Source of the DNA: an uncultured Actinomycetes bacterium
Lineage (GTDB): Bacteria; Actinomycetota; Thermoleophilia; Solirubrobacterales; 70-9
DNA length: 64,000 nt
NCBI GenBank assembly: GCA_963832085.1
Contig: CAWHSU010000003.1
Location: forward strand, 22,229-86,228
Direction of reading: 5' to 3'
The position numbers and the translations under genes were made by a program. This document shows positions 9,086 through 17,848 of this stretch, piece after piece; the first letter of the stretch is position 1; every line of letters starts with the position of its first letter. The notes under the pieces were generated by a model. It had not been told where the DNA came from and searched no databases. It saw only the letters and a list, made by a program, of their open reading frames with translations.

Positions 9086-9422
9086 CCATCTGAGCGGATC
9101 GACCTGGGACGTCGAGTCCCTGCTGACCGACGCCCTGCGGCCGATCGAGCCGCCGGAGCGGTTCTCGGGACGGCTCGAGGACACGCTCGCCGCGGTCACC
9201 CAGGCGGCGGCGGACGAGCTCTCCGACTGGGCCGAGGAGCTCTCCGAGGAAGAGCTGCGGGCGCTGCGCGATCCGCGCAACTGGGTGCGGCCGGTGGTCG
9301 CCGTCGGCGCCGGCGGGGTGGCGACCGGGGCCCTGGTCCTGCTCGAGCTGCGCCGTCGCAGCCGCAGCCGCAGCGAGAGCGGCCTACGCGCGCTTACCAG
9401 CGGGCTTCGCTCGCGGCTTTGA
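9075..9422 (+). CDS. putative anti-sigma factor (single C-terminal transmembrane helix)
   Basis: It overlaps the sigma gene stop by 11 nt, which suggests translational coupling. It has an acidic N-terminal part and a TM segment VVAVGAGGVATGALVLLEL. The call is positional inference only. Confidence 0.45.
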   Translation: MPSDHLSGSTWDVESLLTDALRPIEPPERFSGRLEDTLAAVTQAAADELSDWAEELSEEELRALRDPRNWVRPVVAVGAGGVATGALVLLELRRRSRSRSESGLRALTSGLRSRL

Positions 9423-9803
9423 CCGCCGCGGCCGTGGCCGCCTCTTCTTCGCGCTTTGTCCGCTGCGCCCGCTCGGCGTCCCCGCCGCCGCGGCCAACCC
9501 GAGCACGCCGAGCGCCAGGTGCAGCCACCCGGTACCCCAGCCGACGATCGCCAGAGCCGTGTAGAGGAGCCCGATCGCCAGCGAGTACTGGCGTGAGGCG
9601 ACGCCGGCGAGCAGCACCCCGAGGGCGCCGGTGGCGAGGTAGAGGAGGTTGAGCCAACCGTTCACCTCCAGGGCGCCGAGGGCGTCCTCGTAGTGGTCGA
9701 GCTCGCCGAAAGAGGCGCTGTAGAAGAAACCGAGGATGCCGAGGACGACGAGGACGGAACCGGCCACGGTGGCGTAGAGACGGGCGGGGCTGGCGGCCTC
9801 CAT
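9384..9803 (-). CDS. DUF4383-like small membrane protein
   Basis: Four hydrophobic helices and the pattern NGWLNLLYLATGALGVLLAG...IGLLYTALAIVGW, with a basic Lys/Arg/Pro tail. Confidence 0.65.
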   Translation of the reverse strand: MEAASPARLYATVAGSVLVVLGILGFFYSASFGELDHYEDALGALEVNGWLNLLYLATGALGVLLAGVASRQYSLAIGLLYTALAIVGWGTGWLHLALGVLGLAAAAGTPSGRSGQSAKKRRPRPRRSKPRAKPAGKRA

Positions 9804-9831
9804 CGGCGGCGATTGTAGGCTGCTCTGCTCG

Positions 9832-10656
9832 ATGGCCGAGACCTGTTACCGCCACCCCGACCGCGAGACCGGCGTTTCCTGCTCCTCCTGCGGGCGGCCG
9901 ATCTGCCCCGACTGCATGACTCCCACCCCCGTCGGCATGCGCTGCCCCGAGTGCGCCAGCCAGCGGACGAAAGTGGTGCAGGGCGTCGGCAAACCGGAAG
10001 GCTTCGCCCTGACGCCGGCCACCTACGTGCTGATCGGGATCAACGTGGTCGTCTACCTGATTCAGATCGCCACCGGCTCCGGGGGGCTGTTCACGGATGG
10101 GCTGAGCCAGTTCATGATCGACTTTGGCCTCTTCGGCCCCTTCGTCGCCGAAGGCGAGTGGTACCGCCTGATCACCAGCGGCTTCCTCCACGCCAGCATC
10201 ATCCACATCGGCTTCAACATGTTCCTGCTGCTGATCCTCGGACGGCTGCTGGAGCCGGCTCTGGGGACGCCGCGCTTCCTCGCCCTCTACTTCGCCTCGC
10301 TGCTGGCGGGATCGTGCGGCGCCCTGATCGTCGAGCCCAACGTCCTCACGATCGGCGCCTCCGGGGCCGTCTTCGGTCTTGCCGCCGCCACCTTCGTGAT
10401 CGCCCGCGGCCGCGGGATGGATTCGATCGCCAGCGAGATCGGCTTCCTCATCCTCTTCAACCTGGTGCTCGGGTTCGTCGTGCCGCGGATCAGCGTCGGC
10501 GGGCACATCGGCGGCCTCGTCGGCGGCGCCCTCTGCGCGCTGGCGATCGTCGCCGGCGAGAGGGGCATGCTCGGCCGAGCCCGGCGTCCGGCCGAGTTCC
10601 TGGCGATGGCGGCGGTCGCCGTCGTCGCCGTGATCAGCGCCCTCGCGGCCGTCTAG
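9832..10656 (+). CDS. rhomboid-family intramembrane serine protease with N-terminal zinc ribbon
   Basis: CYRHP...CSSCGRPICPDCM...CPEC zinc ribbon. Rhomboid motifs are WYRLITSGFLHASIIHIGFNM, GASGAVFGL (catalytic Ser) and GGHIGGLVGG (catalytic His). Confidence 0.85.
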   Translation: MAETCYRHPDRETGVSCSSCGRPICPDCMTPTPVGMRCPECASQRTKVVQGVGKPEGFALTPATYVLIGINVVVYLIQIATGSGGLFTDGLSQFMIDFGLFGPFVAEGEWYRLITSGFLHASIIHIGFNMFLLLILGRLLEPALGTPRFLALYFASLLAGSCGALIVEPNVLTIGASGAVFGLAAATFVIARGRGMDSIASEIGFLILFNLVLGFVVPRISVGGHIGGLVGGALCALAIVAGERGMLGRARRPAEFLAMAAVAVVAVISALAAV

Positions 10657-10669
10657 CCGGCGGGAAGGC

Positions 10670-11221
10670 TCAGCGCCGCGAGGCCGGCGCCCGCAGCGCC
10701 ACGAAGCCGAGGTTGCCGGGCGGGTCAACGAGGTCGGGATGGAGGATGTGGCCGAGCAGCTCGACGCCGTCAACCAGGCGCGGGCCGGGCTCGACGAAGA
10801 CGGTCCCCTCGACCGCGTAGAGGCGGGTGGCGCCGAGTCCGGCGATCTGCTCCCAGCGCTCCATCGCCTGCGCCTGCGCGTTCTCGACCGAGACCGCCGG
10901 CATGACGATGACGACGTCGGCGCCGAGGCTCTCCATCTCGCCCCAGCCGACGGCCGGCGGGTTGAGCCCGGGGTCGCCGGCGACGTCCTCGCCGCCGGCG
11001 ATCGAGATCATCTCGGGGATCCAGAAGCCGCCGACGCGGGGCGGGTCGAGCTGCTGCAGGGCGATCACCCGCGGCGAGCCGGTTCCGGCCACGCCGGCGC
11101 GCAGCGTCGCCAGCCGCCCCTCGAGCTCTCCCCGCAGCTCGTGGGCGTGGTCTTCCATCCCCGTCGCCTCGCCCAGCCTGACGATCTCTTCGAGCATCTC
11201 GCTGAGCGTGGCAACTCGCAT
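10670..11221 (-). CDS. BtuF/FecB-class periplasmic-binding-protein fold, C-terminal lobe only (probable 5'-truncated remnant)
   Basis: The 183-aa ORF aligns by eye only with the second lobe of the family (PRVIALQQLDPPRVGGFWIPEMISIAGGEDV...GADVVIVMP). There is no signal peptide or first lobe. Only 120 nt of non-coding DNA lies upstream. Confidence 0.5.
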   Translation of the reverse strand: MRVATLSEMLEEIVRLGEATGMEDHAHELRGELEGRLATLRAGVAGTGSPRVIALQQLDPPRVGGFWIPEMISIAGGEDVAGDPGLNPPAVGWGEMESLGADVVIVMPAVSVENAQAQAMERWEQIAGLGATRLYAVEGTVFVEPGPRLVDGVELLGHILHPDLVDPPGNLGFVALRAPASRR

Positions 11222-11341
11222 AGTTCGGTCAATATCGCACTTGATCGGACCCGAGGCATGAGAGCGCCGGAGCGGGTAGCTATATTCACGGTGCCGAATG
11301 GCCGAGGACGTCCCAGCCCGAAGTACCGGGCCGCATAGCCG

Positions 11342-12646
11342 ATGAGCGTCCTACTGCTCGTCCTGCTTCTGCTGCTGATTGCGGTCAACGGCTTCTTCGT
11401 CGCGGCCGAGTTCGCGATCGTGCGCTCGCGCCGCTCGCGGCTGGAGCAGCTGCGCGAGGAGGGCGACAAGCGCGCCACCCAGGCCCTCAACCAGGTCGAC
11501 CACGTCGACCAGTACGTCGCCACCTCGCAGGTGGGGATCACGCTCGCCTCCCTCGGCATCGGCTTCCTCGGCGAGCCGGCGCTGGCGGAGCTGTTCGAGC
11601 CGCTCGTCGGCGAATTCTTCGGCCACGCCGCCGCCGTCGCGATCTCAATCGCCGCCGCCTTCACGATCGTCACCTTCCTCCACGTCATCCTCGGCGAGCA
11701 GGCGCCGAAGATGCTGGCGATCGGCAAGGCCGAGGGCGTGCTGATGTGGATCGCCGGCCCGATGGCCTTCTTCCGCCGGATTCTGCATCCGCTGATCGTC
11801 GCCACCAACGTCCCCGCCAACTTCCTCGTCCAGCGAGTGCTGAAAGTCGAGGTCGAAGACGGCGAGGAGACCTCGCCCGAGGAACTGCGACTGCTGATCT
11901 CCCGAGGCGCTCAGCGTGGCCGGCTCGACCCGGGGGAGGCCGGCATGCTCGGCGGCGTCTTCCACCTGCACGAGCAGGAGGCGCGGGAGGTGATGACGCC
12001 GATCCCGGCCGTCGTCACCGTCGATGCTTCCGACACGGTGGAGGCGGCGCTGCGGCGCTGCGTCACCTCCGGGCACACGCGCCTGGTCGTGATCGAGGAC
12101 GAGAACCCCGACCGGGTCAAGGGCGTCGTCCACAACAACAGCCTCGCCCGGCTCTACATGAGCGAGGGGCCCGAGGCGGCGCTCGACACGGTCATCCGCG
12201 ACGCTCTGATCGTGCCGGAGACGCGGCCGCTCGACGACCTCCTGCACGACCTCCAGGTGCAGCGCACTTCGCTCTCGGTCGTCGTCAACGAGTACGGGCG
12301 CACGGTCGGGATCGTCACCGTCGAGGACATCCTCGAGGAGGTGGTGGGGGAGATCGAGGACGAGACCGATCCGCGCGCGGCGGCGGTGCGGAAACTGAAC
12401 AACGGCGACTGGTTCGTCCGCGGCCACGTCTCGCTCGGCGACCTCTCCGATGCCGGCATCGAACTGCCCGTGGACAGCGAAACGTACAACTCGATCGGTG
12501 GCTACGTCTTCGGCGAGCTCGGCCGGCTGCCCAAACGCGGGGACTCGATCACCGCCAACGGCTACACGATCCGAGTCGAGGCGGTGCGGGAGAACCGGAT
12601 CGAGGCGGTGCGGATCAGCAACAGTTCCGTCCGCCCCGCTACCTAA
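11342..12646 (+). CDS. CNNM/HlyC-CorC family transporter (DUF21 + CBS pair + CorC_HlyC domain)
   Basis: N-terminal DUF21 (NGFFVAAEFAIVRSRRSRL), a CBS pair region, and C-terminal NSIGGYVFGELGRLPKRGDSITANGYTIRVEAVRENRI. Confidence 0.9.
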   Translation: MSVLLLVLLLLLIAVNGFFVAAEFAIVRSRRSRLEQLREEGDKRATQALNQVDHVDQYVATSQVGITLASLGIGFLGEPALAELFEPLVGEFFGHAAAVAISIAAAFTIVTFLHVILGEQAPKMLAIGKAEGVLMWIAGPMAFFRRILHPLIVATNVPANFLVQRVLKVEVEDGEETSPEELRLLISRGAQRGRLDPGEAGMLGGVFHLHEQEAREVMTPIPAVVTVDASDTVEAALRRCVTSGHTRLVVIEDENPDRVKGVVHNNSLARLYMSEGPEAALDTVIRDALIVPETRPLDDLLHDLQVQRTSLSVVVNEYGRTVGIVTVEDILEEVVGEIEDETDPRAAAVRKLNNGDWFVRGHVSLGDLSDAGIELPVDSETYNSIGGYVFGELGRLPKRGDSITANGYTIRVEAVRENRIEAVRISNSSVRPAT

Positions 12647-12689
12647 CTTCATCGAGCAACCCGCGACCGCTCGAATCTGGAGGTACCGC

Positions 12690-12926
12690 ATGTGGGTTGT
12701 ACGCCTGACCGACAAGCAGCTCGAGGTCCTCAGGGCCCTGCTGCGCTCCGAGGAGCACCTCGGCCCCGCGCTCAGGGGTTCGATCGAGGCCCTCGACCTC
12801 GCCCGCTGGGACGATCTCCCCGAGGCTGAGTTGCCTTGGGACGAGATCGAGATCTCCGCCCGCCGCCAGGGGATTAGTGAGGCGGATGTGATTTGGGACG
12901 TTTCTGGAAAGAGCAGGGCGGCTTAG
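12690..12926 (+). CDS. hypothetical 78-aa protein
   Basis: GGAGG lies 6 nt upstream of ATG 12690. This is the inner part of track ORF 12450..12926, whose upstream part overlaps the CNNM gene. No recognisable domain. Confidence 0.45.
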   Translation: MWVVRLTDKQLEVLRALLRSEEHLGPALRGSIEALDLARWDDLPEAELPWDEIEISARRQGISEADVIWDVSGKSRAA

Positions 12927-12944
12927 ACGAAGCGTTGCCGGTAC

Positions 12945-13086
12945 AGGGGTCCGGTCATCCCCTGAGTGAATTTGTCGCGTCCCTATCGGGACAGCTCCCG
13001 AAGATGCTGCCTGCCTATGGCAGGCAGAAATCAGATTGCATTTCGCGCGCTTCGCGGACATTCCCTCAGGGGATGACCGGACCCCT
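12945..13086 (-). repeat. structured inverted-repeat element, copy A (sense orientation inferred on minus strand)
   Basis: 22-bp perfect closing stem AGGGGTCCGGTCATCCCCTGAG (12945-12966) / CTCAGGGGATGACCGGACCCCT (13065-13086). Internal hairpins are CTGCCTGCC-TAT-GGCAGGCAG (13007-13027) and GTCCC-TATC-GGGAC. It shares GGAATGT.CG, ATGCAATCTGAT and a CGCGAAGCGCG hairpin with copy B when reverse-complemented. Confidence 0.55.
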
Positions 13087-13178
13087 CTCCAACACGCAGC
13101 ATCGGGACGGCCAAGGGTCCGGCATCTCTCAATTAGAAAGCTGCCGTCCCTATGGCGTCTGTGAGAGCTCGTTACGTA

Positions 13179-13321
13179 GGGAGGATGTCGATACCCCCGA
13201 GGCGGGAATGTTCGGCGATATGCAATCTGATGTTTGCGCGCGAAGCGCGCTCACAGATTGCGGCTAAGCGGCGAAGCCGCGTGCCGCGCAATTCCCGGGG
13301 AGGGGGTATCGACATCCTCCC
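13179..13321 (+). repeat. structured inverted-repeat element, copy B
   Basis: 20-bp perfect closing stem GGGAGGATGTCGATACCCCC (13179-13198) / GGGGGTATCGACATCCTCCC (13302-13321). Inner stems are GGGAAT/ATTCCC and GCAATCTG/CAGATTGC. Two hairpins carry GAA triloops (GCGCGC-GAA-GCGCGC and GCGGC-GAA-GCCGC). Confidence 0.55.
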
Positions 13322-13340
13322 CCTCGCAACGCCAAGTCCC

Positions 13341-14162
13341 TCAGTCGTAGCTGTAGAACCCCGCGCCGGACTTGCGACCCAGCTTTCCTTCGCCCTCCAT
13401 CTTCACCATCAGATCAGGTGGCTTGTGGGTGGGCTCGTTCGACTCGGCGTAGAGGGCGTCGCCGATCGCCCTCGAGACGTCGAAGCCGACGAAGTCGAGC
13501 AATGCCAGTGGGCCCATCGGGTGGCCGGCGCCGAGCTTCATGCAGGTGTCGACCGCGCCGGGCTCCATCCCGGTCCGTTCGATCATCCGCACCGCGTCGA
13601 AGAGGTAGGGGAAGAGGAGGCGGTTGACGACGAAGCCGGCTTCGTCGGGGACCTCGACCGCGGTCTTGCCGAGGGCGGCGGCCCAGGCGAGCACCTTCTC
13701 GCGGGTGCCGGCGGCGCCGTCGGGGATGCAGACCTCGATCAGCTTCATCCGCGGCACCGGGTTGAAGACGTGGAAGCCGAAGAGGCTGTCGGTGCCGGCG
13801 GCCCCGGCGATCTCGGCGATGCTGAGCGAAGAGGTCGTGGTGCCGAGATCGGCATTCGGGCAGGCCGCGGCGATCGCTCGCAGCAGCTCGCCCTTCGGCT
13901 CCACCTCCTCGACGATCGCCTCGACGATGACGTCGCAGTCGGAGAGGTCCTTGGGGTCGGTGGTGACCCGCAGCCGCGAGGGCTCGGCGCCCTCGATCTT
14001 GGCGCAGGCGGCGACCACTTTCTCCTCAGCGCGCCAGGCCGAGGCCTCGCTGCGAGCGAGCAGGATCGTGTCGGCGGTCGTGGTTGAGACCGCGGCAAGG
14101 CCGGTGGCGATTGCCCCGCTGCCCGCGATCCCTGGACTCGAGTACCCCTGATTTGCGCTCAT
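13341..14162 (-). CDS. 3-hydroxyacyl-CoA (3-hydroxybutyryl-CoA) dehydrogenase
   Basis: N-terminal dinucleotide fold (IAGSGAIATGLA). Family motifs are FGFHVFNPVPRMKLIEV, GFVVNRLLFPYL and MKLGAGHPMGPLALLDFVG. Confidence 0.85.
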   Translation of the reverse strand: MSANQGYSSPGIAGSGAIATGLAAVSTTTADTILLARSEASAWRAEEKVVAACAKIEGAEPSRLRVTTDPKDLSDCDVIVEAIVEEVEPKGELLRAIAAACPNADLGTTTSSLSIAEIAGAAGTDSLFGFHVFNPVPRMKLIEVCIPDGAAGTREKVLAWAAALGKTAVEVPDEAGFVVNRLLFPYLFDAVRMIERTGMEPGAVDTCMKLGAGHPMGPLALLDFVGFDVSRAIGDALYAESNEPTHKPPDLMVKMEGEGKLGRKSGAGFYSYD

Positions 14163-14226
14163 TGGCCCGGGTTCCTATCACGCATCCCCGCCCCGATGAC
14201 GTGAGCCCGGTCTTTGCTCCTGGGCT

Positions 14227-14249
14227 TGGCTGACTGACCAGTCAGTCGG
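14227..14249. promoter_or_regulatory. palindromic operator candidate TGGCTGACTGACCAGTCAGTCGG
   Basis: Core palindrome TGACTG-AC-CAGTCA lies 65 nt from both divergent start codons (hbd 14162, thiolase 14314). It is 22/23 identical to 25722-25744. Confidence 0.55.
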
Positions 14250-14313
14250 CTACTCTGGAGAGGAGGCAGCGCGTGCGCGCGCCGATGATTCTTCTTCAGA
14301 ACGGAGGCTGGCG

Positions 14314-15495
<1,182 letters not shown>

Positions 15496-15552
15496 GGCGC
15501 CGCGGGCGGGGGTAGGTTCCCTGCCCCTTCCACTTCGAGCCAAGGAGACAAC

Positions 15553-16023
15553 TTGAACAAGGTATTGCTTGCCGCGCTGGCAGCGTTGGCGCTGATCGCG
15601 GCGCTCGTCGCCGGCTGCGGCGGCGACAGTGAGACCGACCGCGAGACGACCGCGACGATCACCAAAGCAGAGCTGATCAAACAGGGCGACGCGATCTGCG
15701 AGAAGGCCAACGAAGCGAGCGAATCCGAAGCCGAAGAGTTCGCCGAGGAAAACGACTTCACGCTTGAAAAAGCGAGCAAAGAGCAGATCGAAGAAGCGGT
15801 CGGCGAGGTGCTCGTCCCGAACCTGAACGGGCAGGTTGAGGATCTGAGGGCCCTTGGCGCGCCCGAGGGCGACGAGGACCAGGTCGAGGAGATCTTCGTC
15901 TCGCTCGAAGGGGCGGCAGACGAAATCGACGATGACCCGGGTCTGGTCTTCGAGGAGGAGACCCTGAAAGAGCCGAGCGAACTGGCCGAGGATTACGGGT
16001 TCAAGGTCTGCGGCGAAGGATGA
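15553..16023 (+). CDS. lipoprotein, paralog 1 of a tandem pair
   Basis: AAGGAG plus a TTG start. Lipobox is LVAGCGG. It shares KAELIKQGDAICEKANE ... LRALGAPEG ... DYGFKVCGEG with the next gene. Confidence 0.7.
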   Translation: MNKVLLAALAALALIAALVAGCGGDSETDRETTATITKAELIKQGDAICEKANEASESEAEEFAEENDFTLEKASKEQIEEAVGEVLVPNLNGQVEDLRALGAPEGDEDQVEEIFVSLEGAADEIDDDPGLVFEEETLKEPSELAEDYGFKVCGEG

Positions 16024-16029
16024 CCCTTT

Positions 16030-16061
16030 CGGGTCGCCGGACCAGCAGGCCCGGCGACCCG
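16030..16061 (+). terminator. hairpin after lipoprotein 1
   Basis: CGGGTCGCCGG (16030-16040) / CCGGCGACCCG (16051-16061), 7 nt after the stop codon. There is no clear U tract. Confidence 0.5.
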
Positions 16062-16134
16062 ATCAAGCTCGTTTAGCTGATTGATCGAAAAGTCGATACC
16101 TTTCCTGCGCTGACGTACCGGCGGAGGAGGGAAG

Positions 16135-16614
16135 ATGAGGAAGCGATCAATCGGGCTGTTTGCCATAGCTGCGTTGCTGGCGACGATCGTCTTCGGCTGC
16201 GGTGGGGGAGACGAGACGACTGAGTCGACCGCCTCGCTGACCAAGTCGGCGTTCATCAAGCAGGGCAACGCGATCTGCGCCCGCACCAACAAGCAGTTCG
16301 AAGACGAATTCGAAGACTTCTCGAACGAAAAGACCAGCCTCTCGACGAGCGGGGAACCGAGCAGGCCACAGCTGATCGAAGCGGTGGAACAGCTCTACAT
16401 TCCGATCATCGGACAGCAGATCGAAGAACTGCGGGCACTTGGCGCCCCCGCCGGGGAGGAGCAGGAAGTCGACAAAGCGGTCAGCGCCGGCGAAGAAGGG
16501 CTTCAGGAGGTCAGGGAAGACCCGAGCAGCCTTCTGGTTTCCAGCGGCGGCCCCTTTGGGGAATACAACAAACTGATGACCGATTACGGCCTCGCCGAGT
16601 GCGGCGAAGAATAG
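16135..16614 (+). CDS. lipoprotein, paralog 2 of a tandem pair
   Basis: Lipobox is IVFGCGG. It shares KSAFIKQGNAICARTNKQFE ... LRALGAPAG ... DYGLAECGEE with paralog 1. Confidence 0.7.
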   Translation: MRKRSIGLFAIAALLATIVFGCGGGDETTESTASLTKSAFIKQGNAICARTNKQFEDEFEDFSNEKTSLSTSGEPSRPQLIEAVEQLYIPIIGQQIEELRALGAPAGEEQEVDKAVSAGEEGLQEVREDPSSLLVSSGGPFGEYNKLMTDYGLAECGEE

Positions 16615-16619
16615 AACCT

Positions 16620-16651
16620 GGAGGTCACCTGGCCAGCCGGCCAGGTGACCT
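16620..16651. promoter_or_regulatory. 14-bp perfect hairpin/palindrome GAGGTCACCTGGCC-AGCC-GGCCAGGTGACCTC (terminator or operator)
   Basis: It lies 6 nt after the lipoprotein stop and 19 nt before the acyl-CoA dehydrogenase ATG. It contains the CTGGCCAG core also seen in the P450 upstream palindrome. Confidence 0.5.
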
Positions 16652-16669
16652 CTATATGCTGCGCCCTCG

Positions 16670-17848
16670 ATGGACCTGACGCTGTCGCCAGCGGAGGAGG
16701 AGTTCCGCGACGAGGTTCGCACCTGGCTGCAGGAGAACCACCCCGGGCCGGAGCCCGAGGCCGGCCTCGACGAGGTGATGGCCTTCCGCAGCGAGTGGCA
16801 GCTGAAGTTGCACGCCGCCGGTTGGGCCGGGATCTCCTGGCCGAAGGAGTACGGCGGCCGCGGCGCGACGATGATCGAGCAGGCGATCTTCGCCGCCGAG
16901 GCATCGCGCCAGGAAGCGCCGAGCCCCGCCAACGTCCTCGGCCTGGCGATGGGCGGCCCCGTCGTCATCGCCCACGGCAGCGATGAGCAGAAGGCCCGTT
17001 ACCTGGAGCCGATCCTGACCGGTGAGGAGATCTGGTGCCAGGGCTTCTCCGAGCCAGAGTCGGGCTCCGACCTCGCTTCGCTGAAGACCCGCGCGGTCAA
17101 GGACGGCGACGAATGGGTGGTCACGGGGCAGAAGGTCTGGACCACCTTCGCCCAGTACGCCAAGTGGTGCATGCTCGTCGCCCGCACCGACCCCGATGCG
17201 CCAAAGCATCAGGGCCTCACCTACTTCCTGATGGACATGGAGCAGGAGGGGGTGCAGACGCGGCCGCTGGTCCAGATCACCGGTGAGGGCGAGTTCAACG
17301 AGGTCTTCTTCGAGGAGGCGCGTGTGCCCGACGCGAACGTCGTCGGCGGTGTCGGCAACGGCTGGGCGGTGGCGATCACGACCTTGATGAACGAGCGCGC
17401 CGGGCTTGCCTTCGGCGCGATCTCCCAGATCCAGAACAGCCTCGGCCGGCTCGCGAAGCTGGCGCAGGAGACCCAGGCAGGCGGCGGCACCGCGGCCGAC
17501 GACGCCTACTTCCGCCAGCGGATCGCCCAGCTCCACATCGAGGTGGAGACGATGCGCCTCAACGCCTACCGCGGCCTGACCAAGACGATGCAGTCGGGGA
17601 TCCCGGGGCCGGAGGGCTCGCTCGGCAAGTGGCAGTGGGCCGACATCAACCAGGACCTGACCGAGCTGGCGCTGGAGATCGAGGGCGCCTACTCGGTGCT
17701 GATGCGCGGCTCCGAGCACGCGGTCGCCGGCGGCGCCTGGCAGTACGGCTTCCTTCGCTCCCGCGCCAACTCGATCGAGGGCGGGACCACCGACATCCTC
17801 AAAAACATCATCGCCGAGCGGGTGCTCGGCCTGCCGAGGCTGCGGTAG
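16670..17848 (+). CDS. acyl-CoA dehydrogenase
   Basis: ACAD N-terminal, middle and C-terminal domain pattern (WCQGFSEPESGSDLASL, GQKVWTTFA, IEGGTTDILKNIIAERVLGLP). Confidence 0.9.
   Translation: MDLTLSPAEEEFRDEVRTWLQENHPGPEPEAGLDEVMAFRSEWQLKLHAAGWAGISWPKEYGGRGATMIEQAIFAAEASRQEAPSPANVLGLAMGGPVVIAHGSDEQKARYLEPILTGEEIWCQGFSEPESGSDLASLKTRAVKDGDEWVVTGQKVWTTFAQYAKWCMLVARTDPDAPKHQGLTYFLMDMEQEGVQTRPLVQITGEGEFNEVFFEEARVPDANVVGGVGNGWAVAITTLMNERAGLAFGAISQIQNSLGRLAKLAQETQAGGGTAADDAYFRQRIAQLHIEVETMRLNAYRGLTKTMQSGIPGPEGSLGKWQWADINQDLTELALEIEGAYSVLMRGSEHAVAGGAWQYGFLRSRANSIEGGTTDILKNIIAERVLGLPRLR

Noticed and set aside
11222-11341. 120-nt divergent intergenic region upstream of the CNNM/CorC gene, checked for a Mg or cobalamin riboswitch.
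   Set aside because: I could not recognise the conserved cores of either riboswitch class, and the region is too short for them. It is probably just two promoters.
12639-13267. ORFs 12639..13061 (-) and 12893..13267 (+) spanning the structured intergenic region.
   Set aside because: They run through long perfect inverted repeats, have no RBS and give non-protein-like translations. The region is better explained as non-coding structured elements.
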